Of a DNA stretch of 64,000 bases, positions 29,801-39,574 are shown piece after piece. The DNA is taken from positions 2,048,001 to 2,112,000 of the forward strand of contig CAWGHO010000002.1 of assembly GCA_963822445.1 (NCBI GenBank), in the 5' to 3' direction. The stretch comes from an uncultured Acidobacteriota bacterium. GTDB lineage: Bacteria > Acidobacteriota > Thermoanaerobaculia > Gp7-AA8. Within the stretch, counting starts at the first letter, position 1. The number at the start of each line of letters is the position of its first letter. The notes below the pieces were generated by a model, which ran no database searches, was not told where the DNA came from, and worked only from the letters and a program-made list of their open reading frames with translations. A program made the position numbers and the translations under genes.

Positions 29801-29903
29801 GCGGACGACGTATCTCGCGACGATCCGCAATCCGCATCCGGACCTCGATACGGCAAAGAAGGCCGATACCGGACACGAGGAGGGACCGATCGGTGGCCAC
29901 TAA
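26862..29903 (+). CDS. actB: Alternative complex III subunit B (molybdopterin-oxidoreductase-like + Fe-S domain)
   Basis: FWRSLEEL, Tat motif DRRNFMK..LAAC, RPTKIEGNP, CTGCNGC...C, CMQCENAPCEPVCP, CVGTRYCSNNCP, EKCTYC. Confidence 0.95.
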   Translation: MSDPKNLDFTEFRQRVGDLRGREFWRSLEELSRSDAFDEFFEQEFPQQALPLQKGVDRRNFMKLMGASVAMAGLAACRQPNETIIPYVNQPENLIPGKPLFFASAMTLGGVATGVLVESHMHRPTKIEGNPEHPSSLGASDSFMQASVLGLYDPDRSQVVRKLGDTATWSEFLGALQPVLNAAKTNGAGLRILTQTITSPTLGAQIQALLAQYPGMKWHQWEAVSRDNVRAGARMAFGSDASVHYDFTKANVVVSLGSDFLGEGPGHLRYARDFMSRRKVRHGKTQSINRLYAIEASVTQTGTVADHRLGVKPSQIEELARQLLAGNSGNAVLQAAIKDLQANRGASIVIAGDEQPAAVHAIAHALNSQLGNIGTTVMVTDSIEVAPVNQLDSLRQLVRDINAGAVNGLIILGGNPVFDAPSDMHFGKLLDTVPFRAHLSLYYDETSMRCQWHIPDVHYLETWGDARAHDGTISIIQPLIAPLYNGRSAHEVLGALIGGLDQTPYQTVRNYWFSKGATEDTWRKWLHDGFISGSALPVRAASAAFNPATPQPSNPATGIELELRHDPTIYDGRFANNAWLQELPKPHTKITWDNALIIGPRLSEKIGFTAEERDPLVNEKQTRFAEVTYRGVTMRLPVWVLPGQPDDVATIYFGYGRTHSGGIGNGKGFNTYPFRYADALHGGGGAKIVMSDAAPRIYGIACTQEHQSIDPKLVGERGLIRAATFEGYKQNPNFAKDPHHGSDVTGHGDESMYEPYDYSKEHAWAMVIDTSVCTGCNGCVVACQAENNIAVVGKEEVIRERELHWLRIDRYFRGNPDNPEVYHEPVPCMQCENAPCEPVCPVEATSHSAEGLNDMTYNRCVGTRYCSNNCPYKVRRFNFFGYSDYDTPALKPMRNPDVTVRTRGVMEKCTYCVQRIRAGQIEAKKQGRRVKDGEVVTACQQACPTEAIVFGDMNDPNSAVAQLKAQPTHYALLEELQTRPRTTYLATIRNPHPDLDTAKKADTGHEEGPIGGH
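28497..28532 (+). repeat. Octamer tandem repeat (AACCCCGC)x4 inside actB
   Basis: aaccccgc aaccccgc aacccagt aaccccgc aacc, read as NPATPQPSNPAT. Confidence 0.8.
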
Positions 29904-31326
29904 AGATCCCACCCCGGTCCACGAGATCCGCCCTGTAACGCAGGAAGTGCGGATTCCCGAGCGCTTCATCCCCACGCCGACCATCGAGCCGGGTCACTCG
30001 TTCTCCACGATCACCGATCACATCTCCACGATCGTCCTCAAGAAGCGCACGCCGATCGGCTGGTTCATCGGCTTCCTGATCGCCCTCGGCGGCGTCGGCC
30101 TCCTGACCGTGTCGATGGCCGTGCTCATCGGCAAAGGCATCGGCATCTGGGGCATCAACCATCCCGTCGGATGGGGCATGGACATCATCAACTTCGTCTG
30201 GTGGATCGGCATCGGCCACGCCGGCACGTTGATCTCCGCGATCCTACTGCTGCTGCGGCAGGAGTGGCGCACGTCCATCAACCGCTTCGCCGAGGCCATG
30301 ACCCTTTTCGCGGTCGCGTCGGCGGGCTTGTATCCCGCGCTGCACACCGGGCGTCCCTGGTACGACTACTGGCTGTTCCCTTATCCGAACACGATGGGTC
30401 TCTGGCCGCAGTTCAGAAGCCCGCTGATGTGGGACGTGTTCGCCGTCTCGACTTACGCGACCGTCTCCGCGCTGTTCTGGTATGTCGGCCTGATTCCCGA
30501 TCTCGCCACGCTGCGCGATCGCGCCACGAACATCTGGGTCAAGCGCGCATACGGCGCCTTCGCCCTAGGATGGCGCGGCTCCGCGAAGCACTGGCATCGC
30601 TATGAGCACGCGTACCTGCTGCTCGCAGGTCTTTCGACGCCGCTCGTGCTCTCCGTTCACACCATCGTTTCGTTCGACTTCGCAGTAGCGCAGTTGCCGG
30701 GATGGCACGCCACGTTCTTCCCGCCGTACTTCGTCGCCGGTGCTGTTTTTGCGGGGTTCGCAATGGTTCTCACGCTTGCGATTCCGGCGCGGAAATTCTT
30801 CAAGCTCGAAGACTTCATCACCATGCGTCATCTCGAGAACATGGGCAAGGTGATGCTCGCCACGGGAATGATCGTGGCCTATGCCTACGCAATGGAGTGG
30901 TTCTACGGCATTTACTCGGGCAATGTCTTCGAGACTTACATGCTCAAGAACCGGTCCACCGGTCCATACGCGAAGATGTACGTCGCGCTCTGGATCTGTA
31001 ATGGACTCGCGCCGCAGTTGATGTGGTTCAAGCGCTTCCGCACGTCACCGTTCTGGCTGTTCGTCGTGGCGATGTTCGTCAACGTCGGGATGTGGCTGGA
31101 GCGCTTCGTCATCATCCCGGCGTCACTGCATCGCGACTTCCTGCCGTCGTCGTGGGGCATGTACCACGGCACGGTGTGGGACTGGAGCTTCTACATCGGC
31201 TCGATCGGTCTGTTCTTCGCGCTGCTGTTCCTGTTCGTGAGGTTCCTGCCGATGATCTCCATCTTCGAGATGCGCACCCTGCTCCCCGAGGCGCAGGCGC
31301 ACGCTGATCATGAGGAGGCGCACTAG
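29893..31326 (+). CDS. actC: Alternative complex III quinol-binding subunit C (NrfD family)
   Basis: NFVWWIGIGHAGTLISAIL, RFAEAMT, HTGRPW, SPLMWDVFA, WLERF. Confidence 0.95.
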   Translation: MATKDPTPVHEIRPVTQEVRIPERFIPTPTIEPGHSFSTITDHISTIVLKKRTPIGWFIGFLIALGGVGLLTVSMAVLIGKGIGIWGINHPVGWGMDIINFVWWIGIGHAGTLISAILLLLRQEWRTSINRFAEAMTLFAVASAGLYPALHTGRPWYDYWLFPYPNTMGLWPQFRSPLMWDVFAVSTYATVSALFWYVGLIPDLATLRDRATNIWVKRAYGAFALGWRGSAKHWHRYEHAYLLLAGLSTPLVLSVHTIVSFDFAVAQLPGWHATFFPPYFVAGAVFAGFAMVLTLAIPARKFFKLEDFITMRHLENMGKVMLATGMIVAYAYAMEWFYGIYSGNVFETYMLKNRSTGPYAKMYVALWICNGLAPQLMWFKRFRTSPFWLFVVAMFVNVGMWLERFVIIPASLHRDFLPSSWGMYHGTVWDWSFYIGSIGLFFALLFLFVRFLPMISIFEMRTLLPEAQAHADHEEAH

Positions 31327-31329
31327 GCC

Positions 31330-31878
31330 ATGGCGATCGGGAAGATCAAACAGGGCCTCTACGGCGTGATCGCGGAGTTCAATGATCCGCAGACGCTGCT
31401 CGATGCCGCCAATGCCGTGCGCGAGAAGGGCTACACCGCGACGGATGCGTTCTCGCCGTTCCCGATTCATGGATTGGCCGAGGCGGTCGGATTTCACAAG
31501 TCGCGACTGTCGGCGATCGTTCTGACGATGGGCCTGGCCGGCGGCATCGGCGGCTTCTTCATGTGCTGGTACGCGAACGTGATCGCGTATCCGCTCAACA
31601 TCGGTGGCAAACCGTACAACTCCTGGCCGGCCTGGATTCCGATCGCCTTCGAATGCGCGATTCTGCTCGCCGCGTTCGGCGCGGTTTTCGGCATGCTGGC
31701 CCTCAATGGCCTGCCGATGCCGTATCACCCCGTATTCAACGTGCGCCGTTTCGACAGCGCCTCGCGCGACAAATTCTTCCTGGTCATCCAGACGCGCGAT
31801 CCGAAGTTCCGGCTGGATGAAGTTCGCCAGTTCCTGCAAAGCCTCGGGCCACGGGAGGTAACCGATGTTCCGTGGTGA
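31330..31878 (+). CDS. actD: Alternative complex III subunit D (DUF3341)
   Basis: FSPFPIHGL, YPLNIGGKP, IPIAFE. Confidence 0.92.
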   Translation: MAIGKIKQGLYGVIAEFNDPQTLLDAANAVREKGYTATDAFSPFPIHGLAEAVGFHKSRLSAIVLTMGLAGGIGGFFMCWYANVIAYPLNIGGKPYNSWPAWIPIAFECAILLAAFGAVFGMLALNGLPMPYHPVFNVRRFDSASRDKFFLVIQTRDPKFRLDEVRQFLQSLGPREVTDVPW

Positions 31879-32554
31879 CGCGCTAGCGCGCGAATGCAGA
31901 ATGCAGAATGCAGAATGCAGAAGCACACTGCCGGCGCGCCGTTCTCCTTTTTGCATTTTGCATTTTGCATTTTGCATTTTGCTTCTCGTCGGCTTGGCCG
32001 GTTGCAGGCAGAAGATGGCCAACCAGCCCCGCTACGACTCATTGGAAGCCAGCGATTTCTTCCAGGACGGTATGTCTGCGCGTCCGCGAATCGCGGGCAC
32101 TGTCGCGCGCGGCGAGCTTGCGAGCAACCCGCTGATCGAGACAGGGAAGGTCAACGGCGCGATCGTCGATGGCTTCCCGTTCCCCGTCACGATGGCCGTC
32201 GTCAATCGCGGCGAGGAGCGCTTCAACATCTATTGCTCGCAGTGCCACGGCCGCGCCGGCGACGGCAACGGAATGATTCCGTCGCGCGGTTATCGCCGTC
32301 CGCCGTCGTTCCACACCGAGACACTTCGCGCCGCGAAGACAGGACATTTCTTCGACGTCATGACCAATGGATTCGGCGCGATGCCGCCGTACAAGACCAT
32401 GATTCCCGCGCGCGACCGCTGGGCCATCGTCGCCTACATCCGCGCGTTGCAACTCAGCCAGCACGCCACTGTGAATGACGTTCCCGTCGCCGATCGCGCC
32501 AGGCTCGATCAGACGACGCAAGCCGCGCAACCGGAACACGGAGGAGGGCACTAG
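31865..32554 (+). CDS. actE: Alternative complex III monoheme cytochrome c lipoprotein
   Basis: GGAGG RBS; lipobox LAGC; CSQCH; GAMP distal Met; RWAIVAYIR. Confidence 0.9.
   Translation: MFRGDALARECRMQNAECRSTLPARRSPFCILHFAFCILLLVGLAGCRQKMANQPRYDSLEASDFFQDGMSARPRIAGTVARGELASNPLIETGKVNGAIVDGFPFPVTMAVVNRGEERFNIYCSQCHGRAGDGNGMIPSRGYRRPPSFHTETLRAAKTGHFFDVMTNGFGAMPPYKTMIPARDRWAIVAYIRALQLSQHATVNDVPVADRARLDQTTQAAQPEHGGGH
31892..31983 (+). repeat. Inverted heptamer tandem repeats (GAATGCA)x4 ... (TTTTGCA)x4-5 in the actE 5' end
   Basis: Read directly; AT-rich island in a GC-rich gene. Confidence 0.9.
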
Positions 32555-33741
32555 TGGCTGAAGCCCGCCCTCACTCCACCGGCGTCGCGCGCGCTCAGGT
32601 TCCGGCGTTGATCGTCGGCGTCCTCGGCATCGTTCTGTCGATCGTCGGCTTCATGACCAGCGCCGATGCGTTCTACAAAGCCTGGCTGCCTGCGTTCCTG
32701 TTCTGGTTCTTGATTGCCGCCGGCTCACTGGCCGTGTTGATGCTGCAGTACGTCACCGGCGGCGAGTGGGGCCTGATGATCCGCCGCCCGCTCGGCGCCG
32801 CCGCACGCACGCTCCCGATCTTCATTCTCTTCGGCATCCCCATCGCCCTCGGCCTCCCCGAGATTTATGAATGGGCGCGTCCCGAGGCGGCGAAGGATCA
32901 TCTGCTCGCGCAGAAAGCGCTGTGGCTCAATCCGCAGGGCTGGATCATCCGCGCGCTCATCTACTTCGCATTGTGGGCATTGTGGGCGTGGCGTCTGCGC
33001 GTGCTGTCGTTGAAGTTCTACGAAGACCGCTCGCCGTACACCGAGCTCTCCCGCCGTAAATGGGCCGCCTCCGGACTGCTGATGATCGTCATGACCCTCA
33101 CTTTGACTTCGGTCGACTGGGTCATGTCCCTCGAGCCGAAGTGGTACTCGTCGATGTTCGGCATCAGCTTCACCGTCGGCGCGGGCCTCTCCGCGTTCGC
33201 GTTCGTGACCTTCTTCCTGACGCTGATCGCCGGTACGGGCGCGATGGAAGGCATTCTCAAGTCCTCCCATTTCCGCGACCTCGGCAACCTGATGCTGGCC
33301 TTCACCATGCTGTGGGGCTACACGGCCTTCTCGCAGTTCCTGCTGATCTGGTACGGCAACATCAAGGAAGAAACGCCTTACTACCTCAAGCGCATGCACG
33401 GCGGGTGGGGAGTGATGGCCGCGGCGCTGATCATCTTCCACTTCTTCCTGCCGTTCTTCATGCTGCTGATGCGCGCCATCAAAGACCGGCCGAAGACCAT
33501 CGCCATCGTCACGATCATTCTGCTGTTCATGCGCTTCGTGGACATTTACTGGCTGGTCGCCCCCGCGCATCACGGCGATCATTTCTATTTCTCCTGGATC
33601 ACCCTCGTCGCATTCCTCGGCATCGGAGGTCTCTGGCTGGCCGCGTTCATCTGGCAGCTCAAGGGGCAGACCATCATTCCGATTCACGAGTCCTGGGTCG
33701 ACGAAGCAATTCGCGAGGGAGCGCTTACTCGCAATGCCTGA
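32554..33741 (+). CDS. actF: Alternative complex III subunit F
   Basis: About 10 TM helices; DWVMSLEPKWYSSMFG, DLGNLM, SQFLLIWYGNIKEE. Confidence 0.92.
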   Translation: MAEARPHSTGVARAQVPALIVGVLGIVLSIVGFMTSADAFYKAWLPAFLFWFLIAAGSLAVLMLQYVTGGEWGLMIRRPLGAAARTLPIFILFGIPIALGLPEIYEWARPEAAKDHLLAQKALWLNPQGWIIRALIYFALWALWAWRLRVLSLKFYEDRSPYTELSRRKWAASGLLMIVMTLTLTSVDWVMSLEPKWYSSMFGISFTVGAGLSAFAFVTFFLTLIAGTGAMEGILKSSHFRDLGNLMLAFTMLWGYTAFSQFLLIWYGNIKEETPYYLKRMHGGWGVMAAALIIFHFFLPFFMLLMRAIKDRPKTIAIVTIILLFMRFVDIYWLVAPAHHGDHFYFSWITLVAFLGIGGLWLAAFIWQLKGQTIIPIHESWVDEAIREGALTRNA

Positions 33742-34174
33742 GCACATCCGCTACGAAGACGACGACCTGTTCAATCCCGAGACTCACCACGAGTCGACGG
33801 ACGTGCCGGTGCGTCCTCTGTTCTGGTTCATTGCGATCTTCATCGTCTTTTCCGTGCTCAGCCACTTCGCGCTCTGGTTCATGTACAAGGTGTTGGTAAA
33901 GGGTGAGCGGAAGCGGATGGATCCGCCGCAGACCGCCGTGACCCGCCCCGCCGACGCTTCGGTTCCCCAGAATCAGCCGCTGCTGCAACCGTTCCCGCGC
34001 GGCGAAGTTCCTCCGAATCGCAATACACCGGTCACGGACATGGCCGACATGCGCGCGGCCGAGGATCAGGTGCTCAACAACTACGCCTGGGTGGATAAAG
34101 AGCGCGGCGTCGTGCGCATCCCCATCAGGAATGCGAAAGAGCTGATCGTGCAACGGGCCGGGGGGACGCAGTGA
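33734..34174 (+). CDS. actG: Probable alternative complex III subunit G
   Basis: HESTD, single TM, L.NYAWVDK..GVVRIPI..A motif; position after actF. Confidence 0.7.
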   Translation: MPEHIRYEDDDLFNPETHHESTDVPVRPLFWFIAIFIVFSVLSHFALWFMYKVLVKGERKRMDPPQTAVTRPADASVPQNQPLLQPFPRGEVPPNRNTPVTDMADMRAAEDQVLNNYAWVDKERGVVRIPIRNAKELIVQRAGGTQ

Positions 34175-34941
34175 AGCGCCTGGCTTTCCTCGTTTTGCTC
34201 GCGACGGTCGCGTTCGGCCAGCAGGACCCTCCCCAGATCAAAATCGCCCAGAAACTCAACAACCAGATCCCGCTCGACCTCATGTTCCGCGACTCGACTG
34301 GCAAGGTCGTCCGTCTGCGCGAATACTTCAACAACGGCCGGCCGGTCATCCTCAACTTCGTCTACTTCCGCTGCCCGATGCTCTGCCCGATGGTGCTCGA
34401 GGGCACGACCACGTCGCTCACGCACCTCAAGTTCGACATCGGCAAGCAATTCGACGTCATCACCGTCAGCATCGACCCGCGGGACAGTCCCAAACATGCC
34501 GCGGAATTGAAGGACAAGTACATTCGCCATTACGGGCGTCTCGACTCCGCCAGCGGCTGGCATTTCCTGACCGCGCATGAGACGGCCATCAAGAAGCTGA
34601 CGGAAGCGGTCGGATTTCAGTTCGAATACGACAGCAGAACCGACCAGTTCGCGCACGGCGCGGCCCTGTTCGTCCTGACGCCCGACGGTCGCATGTCGCG
34701 TTACTTCTACGGCTTCGAATTCAAGCCGCGCGATCTGCGCCTGGCCATCGTCGAGGCCTCGGCCGGCAAAGTCGGCAACGCCGTCGACGAGCTTCTGCTC
34801 CTCTGTTTTCACTATGACCCCGCGACCGGCAAATACAGCCGTAACGCGATGATGTTCGCCCGCGCCGGTGGCGTGACCACCGTGCTGGCGCTGGGCAGCT
34901 TCATCTTCGTGATGTTCCGCAAAGAGCGCACCGATCGATGA
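34171..34941 (+). CDS. SCO1/SenC family copper chaperone
   Basis: YFRCPMLC (CxxxC), VSIDP, WHFLT, FAH. Confidence 0.9.
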   Translation: MKRLAFLVLLATVAFGQQDPPQIKIAQKLNNQIPLDLMFRDSTGKVVRLREYFNNGRPVILNFVYFRCPMLCPMVLEGTTTSLTHLKFDIGKQFDVITVSIDPRDSPKHAAELKDKYIRHYGRLDSASGWHFLTAHETAIKKLTEAVGFQFEYDSRTDQFAHGAALFVLTPDGRMSRYFYGFEFKPRDLRLAIVEASAGKVGNAVDELLLLCFHYDPATGKYSRNAMMFARAGGVTTVLALGSFIFVMFRKERTDR

Positions 34942-35927
34942 ACGACTTTCCTCTTTTTCCAGAGCAGGCCTCGACCGTCGCACCGCTCGTCGACGGGCTG
35001 TATCTCGGCCTCGTCGTCGTCTGCGGCGCGGTCTCGCTCCTGATCTGGTTCGCGATTTTTTATCTGGCCATCAAGTACCGGCGCCGTCCCGACAATGAGC
35101 TCGCTCAGGAGCAGGAGCCGCCTACTTCGCTCGAACTGACCTGGACGATCGTTCCGACGATCATCTTCATGCTCATCTTCGTTGCCGGGGCCTGGGTGTT
35201 CTTCCGCATCCAGCGCGTGCCCGCGAACGCCATCGAGGTTTACGCGACCGGCCGCCAGTGGATGTGGAAGTTCCAGCATCCGACCGGCCAGCGCGAGATC
35301 AATACCCTGCACGTCCCCGTCAACCGGCCAATCAAGATCACCATGGCCTCGGAAGACGTGATTCACAGCCTCTGGTTCCCCTATTTCCGCGTCAAAAACG
35401 ACGTTCTGCCGAACCGCTATCGCACGATGTGGTTCGAGGCGACGAAGACCGGCAAGTTCCATATCTTCTGCGCCGAATATTGTGGAACGCAGCACTCCGG
35501 AATGATCGGCTGGGTGATCGTGATGGAGCCGACCGAATACCAGCGCTGGCTGGCCGGTGGGGCCGAGGGGTCGCTTGCGTCGCAGGGGGAGAAACTGTTC
35601 GAGAAATACGCGTGCAATACCTGCCACATGAACACGGCCGGAGCGCGCGGACCTGTTCTGGCGGGCATTTACAACAAGACCCGGCCGCTGGCGGACGGGC
35701 GGTCGATCGTCGCGGACGACAATTACATCCGTGAGTCGATTCTCAATCCGACGGCGAAGATCGCCGCGGGCTTCCAACCGATCATGCCGGTCTTCCAGGG
35801 GCAGTTGAACGAGGAAGATCTGCTGCGCCTGCTCGCGTACGTGAAGTCCGTCGGTGCGGAGCAGCCCGCCGGTGTAGTGCAGGCCTCCGGCCTGCCTTCA
35901 GGTCCCACACAAGGTAATCAGCAATGA
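34938..35927 (+). CDS. coxB: Cytochrome c oxidase subunit II with fused cytochrome c (caa3-type)
   Basis: [21 protein letters not shown] CuA motif; C-terminal CNTCH...MP. Confidence 0.96.
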   Translation: MNDFPLFPEQASTVAPLVDGLYLGLVVVCGAVSLLIWFAIFYLAIKYRRRPDNELAQEQEPPTSLELTWTIVPTIIFMLIFVAGAWVFFRIQRVPANAIEVYATGRQWMWKFQHPTGQREINTLHVPVNRPIKITMASEDVIHSLWFPYFRVKNDVLPNRYRTMWFEATKTGKFHIFCAEYCGTQHSGMIGWVIVMEPTEYQRWLAGGAEGSLASQGEKLFEKYACNTCHMNTAGARGPVLAGIYNKTRPLADGRSIVADDNYIRESILNPTAKIAAGFQPIMPVFQGQLNEEDLLRLLAYVKSVGAEQPAGVVQASGLPSGPTQGNQQ

Positions 35928-37579
35928 CCACGACCACGATCGAGCAACCGTTCATCGACCCGACCGAGGGGCGGCGGAACTACATCAACGACGAGTACGG
36001 CGCGCTTTCGTGGCTCCTGACCAAGGACCACAAGCGCATCGCAATCCTTTACCTGTTCTCGGTGACGCTTTTCTTCGTCGTCGGCGGCATCTTCGCGTTT
36101 CTGATGCGCCTCGAGCTGCTCACGCCCGAAGGCGACATGTTCACCTCGGACACCTACAACAAGTTCTTCACGCTGCACGGCATCGTGATGATCTTCTTCT
36201 TCCTCATTCCGGCCATTCCTGCGGTGATAGGCAATTTCATCCTGCCGATCATGCTCGGCGCCAAAGACCTCGCCTTTCCCAAGCTCAACCTGCTGAGCTG
36301 GTACATCTACATGATCGGCGGGACGTTCGGCGTCATCGTCATCATCACCGGTGGCGTCGATACGGGTTGGACCTTCTACACGCCTTATTCGACGCAATAC
36401 TCGAATTCCAAAGTCTTCCTGACCACCCTCGGCGCGTTCATTACAGGCTTTTCGTCGATCCTCACGGGTCTGAACTTCCTCGTGACCATTCACCGGATGC
36501 GCGCGCCGGGATTGACCTGGTTCCGCCTGCCGCTGTTCGTCTGGTCGATGTACGGCACGAGCGTGATCATCATGCTGGCCACGCCCGTGCTGGCCATTAC
36601 GCTGGTGATGCTGATGGTCGAGCGGGTCCTGCAGGTGGGCATCTTCGATCCCGCATTGGGCGGTGATCCCGTCCTGTACCAGCACATGTTCTGGTTCTAC
36701 TCCCACCCGGCCGTGTACATCATGGTTCTGCCAGGCATGGCCGTGATCTCGGAGTGCGTGGCGGCGTTCACGCGCAAGCGGATCTTCGGCTACAAGTTCG
36801 TGGCCTTCTCATCGCTCGCGATCGCGTTCCTGAGTTTTCTCGTGTGGGCGCACCATCTGTTCGTGGCCGGTATTTCCATTTACTCGGCCATGATCTTTTC
36901 CTTCCTGTCGATGCTCGTGGCCGTGCCCTCGGCGATCAAAGTCTTCAACTGGACGGCCACGATGTACAAAGGCTCGGTGTCCTGGCAGACGCCGATGCTG
37001 TACGTCCTCGGATTCATCGGTCTGTTCACGATCGGCGGAGTGACGGGTCTGTTCCTCGCCGCATTGGGCGTCGACGTGCACGTTCACGACAGTTACTTCG
37101 TCGTCGCGCACTTCCATTACGTCATGGTCGGAGGCACGATCATGGCCTACCTCGCGGGCATTCATTACTGGTGGCCAAAGATCACCGGCCGCATGTATCC
37201 GGAGTGGTGGGCGCGCTTGTCGGCGCTTCTGGTCTTCGTCGGCTTCAATCTGACCTTTTTTCCGCAGTTTCTGGTCGGTTATGTCGGCATGCCCCGGCGC
37301 TATCACGCGTATGCGCCGGAGTTTCAGGTGCTCAACGTGCTCTCGACCGCGGGCGCTACTGTCCTGGCGGTCGGGTACATCCTTCCCATGCTTTACCTGA
37401 CCTGGTCGCTGAAGTTCGGCCGCAAGGCGGGAACGAATCCGTGGGGCGCTGTCGGTCTGGAATGGGCGACGTCATCGCCTCCGCCGAAGGAAAACTTCCA
37501 CGTCACACCCGTCGTGACCTGGGATGCCTACGACTATCCGGCGTTCCTCAGAGCGATGAAGGAGACGCAGGATGCCTAA
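35924..37579 (+). CDS. coxA: Cytochrome c oxidase subunit I, A2 subtype
   Basis: [23 protein letters not shown] (YS motif), WAHH, AHFHY, GMPRRY. Confidence 0.97.
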   Translation: MTTTTIEQPFIDPTEGRRNYINDEYGALSWLLTKDHKRIAILYLFSVTLFFVVGGIFAFLMRLELLTPEGDMFTSDTYNKFFTLHGIVMIFFFLIPAIPAVIGNFILPIMLGAKDLAFPKLNLLSWYIYMIGGTFGVIVIITGGVDTGWTFYTPYSTQYSNSKVFLTTLGAFITGFSSILTGLNFLVTIHRMRAPGLTWFRLPLFVWSMYGTSVIIMLATPVLAITLVMLMVERVLQVGIFDPALGGDPVLYQHMFWFYSHPAVYIMVLPGMAVISECVAAFTRKRIFGYKFVAFSSLAIAFLSFLVWAHHLFVAGISIYSAMIFSFLSMLVAVPSAIKVFNWTATMYKGSVSWQTPMLYVLGFIGLFTIGGVTGLFLAALGVDVHVHDSYFVVAHFHYVMVGGTIMAYLAGIHYWWPKITGRMYPEWWARLSALLVFVGFNLTFFPQFLVGYVGMPRRYHAYAPEFQVLNVLSTAGATVLAVGYILPMLYLTWSLKFGRKAGTNPWGAVGLEWATSSPPPKENFHVTPVVTWDAYDYPAFLRAMKETQDA

Positions 37580-38282
37580 CAATCCGACGCTCTACGATCT
37601 GCGCCATCCCGGATCGCCCGAGGAGGAGCCGGAGCTCGGGCATCACCACCCGTTCCTGCAACACCATTTCGAAGACCTCGGCCAGCAGCACGAGGCTTCG
37701 ACGCTGGGCATGTGGTTCTTCGTCGCCCAGGAGATCCTCTTCTTCGGCGGCGTCTTTTGCGCGTATTTCATTTACCGGGCGATGTATCCCGACGCCTGGA
37801 AGGCCGGGTCGCTCCATCAGAACTGGCAGATCGGCGCGGCCAACACCATTGTGCTCATCGGCAGCTCACTGACCATGGCTCTCGCGGTCTGGGGTGCGCA
37901 GGGCGCGCGGCGGAAGTTCACCACGCTAATGCTCGTGCTGACACTGATCCTCGGCGGGATCTTCGTCGGCGTGAAGGGTTACGAGTACGCCGATCACATT
38001 CATCACGGCCTGTTCCCCGGCGCGAATTTCACGTATGTCGAGGCGGCCAATCCGGCGCTGACGCGCGGGGTCGAGCTGTTCATGACGTTCTACTTCACGA
38101 TGACCGGCCTGCACGCCCTGCATATGGTCATCGGCGCGGGACTGCTCTTGTACTTCATCCGCCGCGCGTGGCGTGGCGACTTCGGTCCCGAGTATTACGG
38201 ACCGGTGGAGATCATGGGCCTGTACTGGCACTTCGTCGACATCGTCTGGATCTTCCTCTTCCCGTTGCTTTATCTGGTCTGA
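37572..38282 (+). CDS. coxC: Cytochrome c oxidase subunit III
   Basis: GMWFF...[27 protein letters not shown]. Confidence 0.95.
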   Translation: MPNNPTLYDLRHPGSPEEEPELGHHHPFLQHHFEDLGQQHEASTLGMWFFVAQEILFFGGVFCAYFIYRAMYPDAWKAGSLHQNWQIGAANTIVLIGSSLTMALAVWGAQGARRKFTTLMLVLTLILGGIFVGVKGYEYADHIHHGLFPGANFTYVEAANPALTRGVELFMTFYFTMTGLHALHMVIGAGLLLYFIRRAWRGDFGPEYYGPVEIMGLYWHFVDIVWIFLFPLLYLV

Positions 38283-38289
38283 GGCGCGA

Positions 38290-38628
38290 ATGGCTGACAC
38301 TCACCATCCCGATCACGAAACGTACAGCGGCCACGCCGCGCCGCATCACCAGGCGCCGCTCTTCGCGTATTTCGCCGTCTTCATCGCCCTGATGGTCCTG
38401 ACCGTGCTCACGGTCTGGGTCTCCCGCATCGACCTCGGCGCCTGGAACACAGGCGTGGCCATGGCCATCGCCATCGTGAAGGCCACGGTGGTCATCCTCT
38501 GGTTCATGCACGTGATCCACTCGCCGCGCCTGACCTGGATCGTGGTGATTTCCTCGTTCCTGTGGCTGGGGGTCTTGTTCGTACTGACGTTCAGCGATTA
38601 CCTGACTAGGGCCTGGAACATTTACTGA
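38290..38628 (+). CDS. Cytochrome c oxidase subunit IV (prokaryotic)
   Basis: LMVLTVLTV, IAIVKATVVILWFMH; three TM helices. Confidence 0.9.
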   Translation: MADTHHPDHETYSGHAAPHHQAPLFAYFAVFIALMVLTVLTVWVSRIDLGAWNTGVAMAIAIVKATVVILWFMHVIHSPRLTWIVVISSFLWLGVLFVLTFSDYLTRAWNIY

Positions 38629-38665
38629 GAGTTGAAGGCGCCCGCCATCCGGGTGCGTTACCGTC

Positions 38666-39574
38666 ATGCTCGTGCCGCGACTGGTCATTGCCCTCGCGTT
38701 CGCGTTTCTCGCCTGCAGTTCGACCGCCCGCTTCCCTGTAAAGCCCGAGGTTTTCATCAGCGAGTTTCGTGCGGCGGAAGGGCTGACGTTCAATGCCGCG
38801 GGGCAGCTCTTCATCGGTGCGAACAGCGGTGTGTGGATCGCCACCCCCGACGGCAAGGTCACGCGGATCGCCGACGTAACCACCCACCTCGGACAGGCCG
38901 GCACTGGCGCGCGGGACATCCTTGCCGCTGATTTCGGCCCGACGAACATCTTCCGCGACGGTCCCAACGACGACGGTATCGTCTGGCGGATTACGCCGGA
39001 AGGTACGAAAACCGTCGTTGCGACCGGGATCGCCGACCCGAATTTCATTCTCGTGCTGCCGGATGGGTCGTGGCTCGTCTCGGATGACGGCGTCGACAAG
39101 ATTTATCGAATTCGCGACGGGAAGACCGAGGTCTGGTCGAGCGCGGTCGCGTATCCGAACGGCCTCGCCCTTTCACCCGATGGCCGCACCTTGTATGTGG
39201 CTCAGATCTTCACGCAGTTGAAGCCGATCGTGTTCGACAACAGGACCTGGTCGATTCCGCTCACTGCGGACTTCGATCCTGCCGGACCGCCGGTGCTTCT
39301 CGCGCGGACCGGCAACGGCGGAGTGGACGGCCTGGCCGTCGACGAGTCGGGCTTCGTTTATGTCGCCGACAATCAGGGCGGCAAGATCTGGCGCGTCGAT
39401 CCGAAGAACGGCGCGGTCACCGTCGTCGCCGAGGGCATGCCGAATGTCGCCAGTCTGGTGTTCGGCGAAGGGAAATTCGATCGCAATGCGATTTACGCGA
39501 CGTCGACCGAAAAAGGCGGCGGCACGATCTGGAAAATCCGCTTAGGCGCGCGCGGCGCCCGACTCACTCGTTGA
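38666..39574 (+). CDS. SMP-30/gluconolactonase-like beta-propeller lipoprotein
   Basis: FLAC lipobox, AEG, YPNGLALSPDGRTLYV, DGLAVDESG. Confidence 0.85.
   Translation: MLVPRLVIALAFAFLACSSTARFPVKPEVFISEFRAAEGLTFNAAGQLFIGANSGVWIATPDGKVTRIADVTTHLGQAGTGARDILAADFGPTNIFRDGPNDDGIVWRITPEGTKTVVATGIADPNFILVLPDGSWLVSDDGVDKIYRIRDGKTEVWSSAVAYPNGLALSPDGRTLYVAQIFTQLKPIVFDNRTWSIPLTADFDPAGPPVLLARTGNGGVDGLAVDESGFVYVADNQGGKIWRVDPKNGAVTVVAEGMPNVASLVFGEGKFDRNAIYATSTEKGGGTIWKIRLGARGARLTR

Noticed and set aside
26862-29903. actB as a catalytic molybdoenzyme or nitrite/polysulfide reductase system
   Set aside because: Gene order actA-G plus oxidase identifies alternative complex III, whose B subunit is known to lack a molybdenum cofactor.
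31892-31983. Repeat blocks as a CRISPR array
   Set aside because: Units are 7-8 nt and directly tandem, with no unique spacers and no cas genes.
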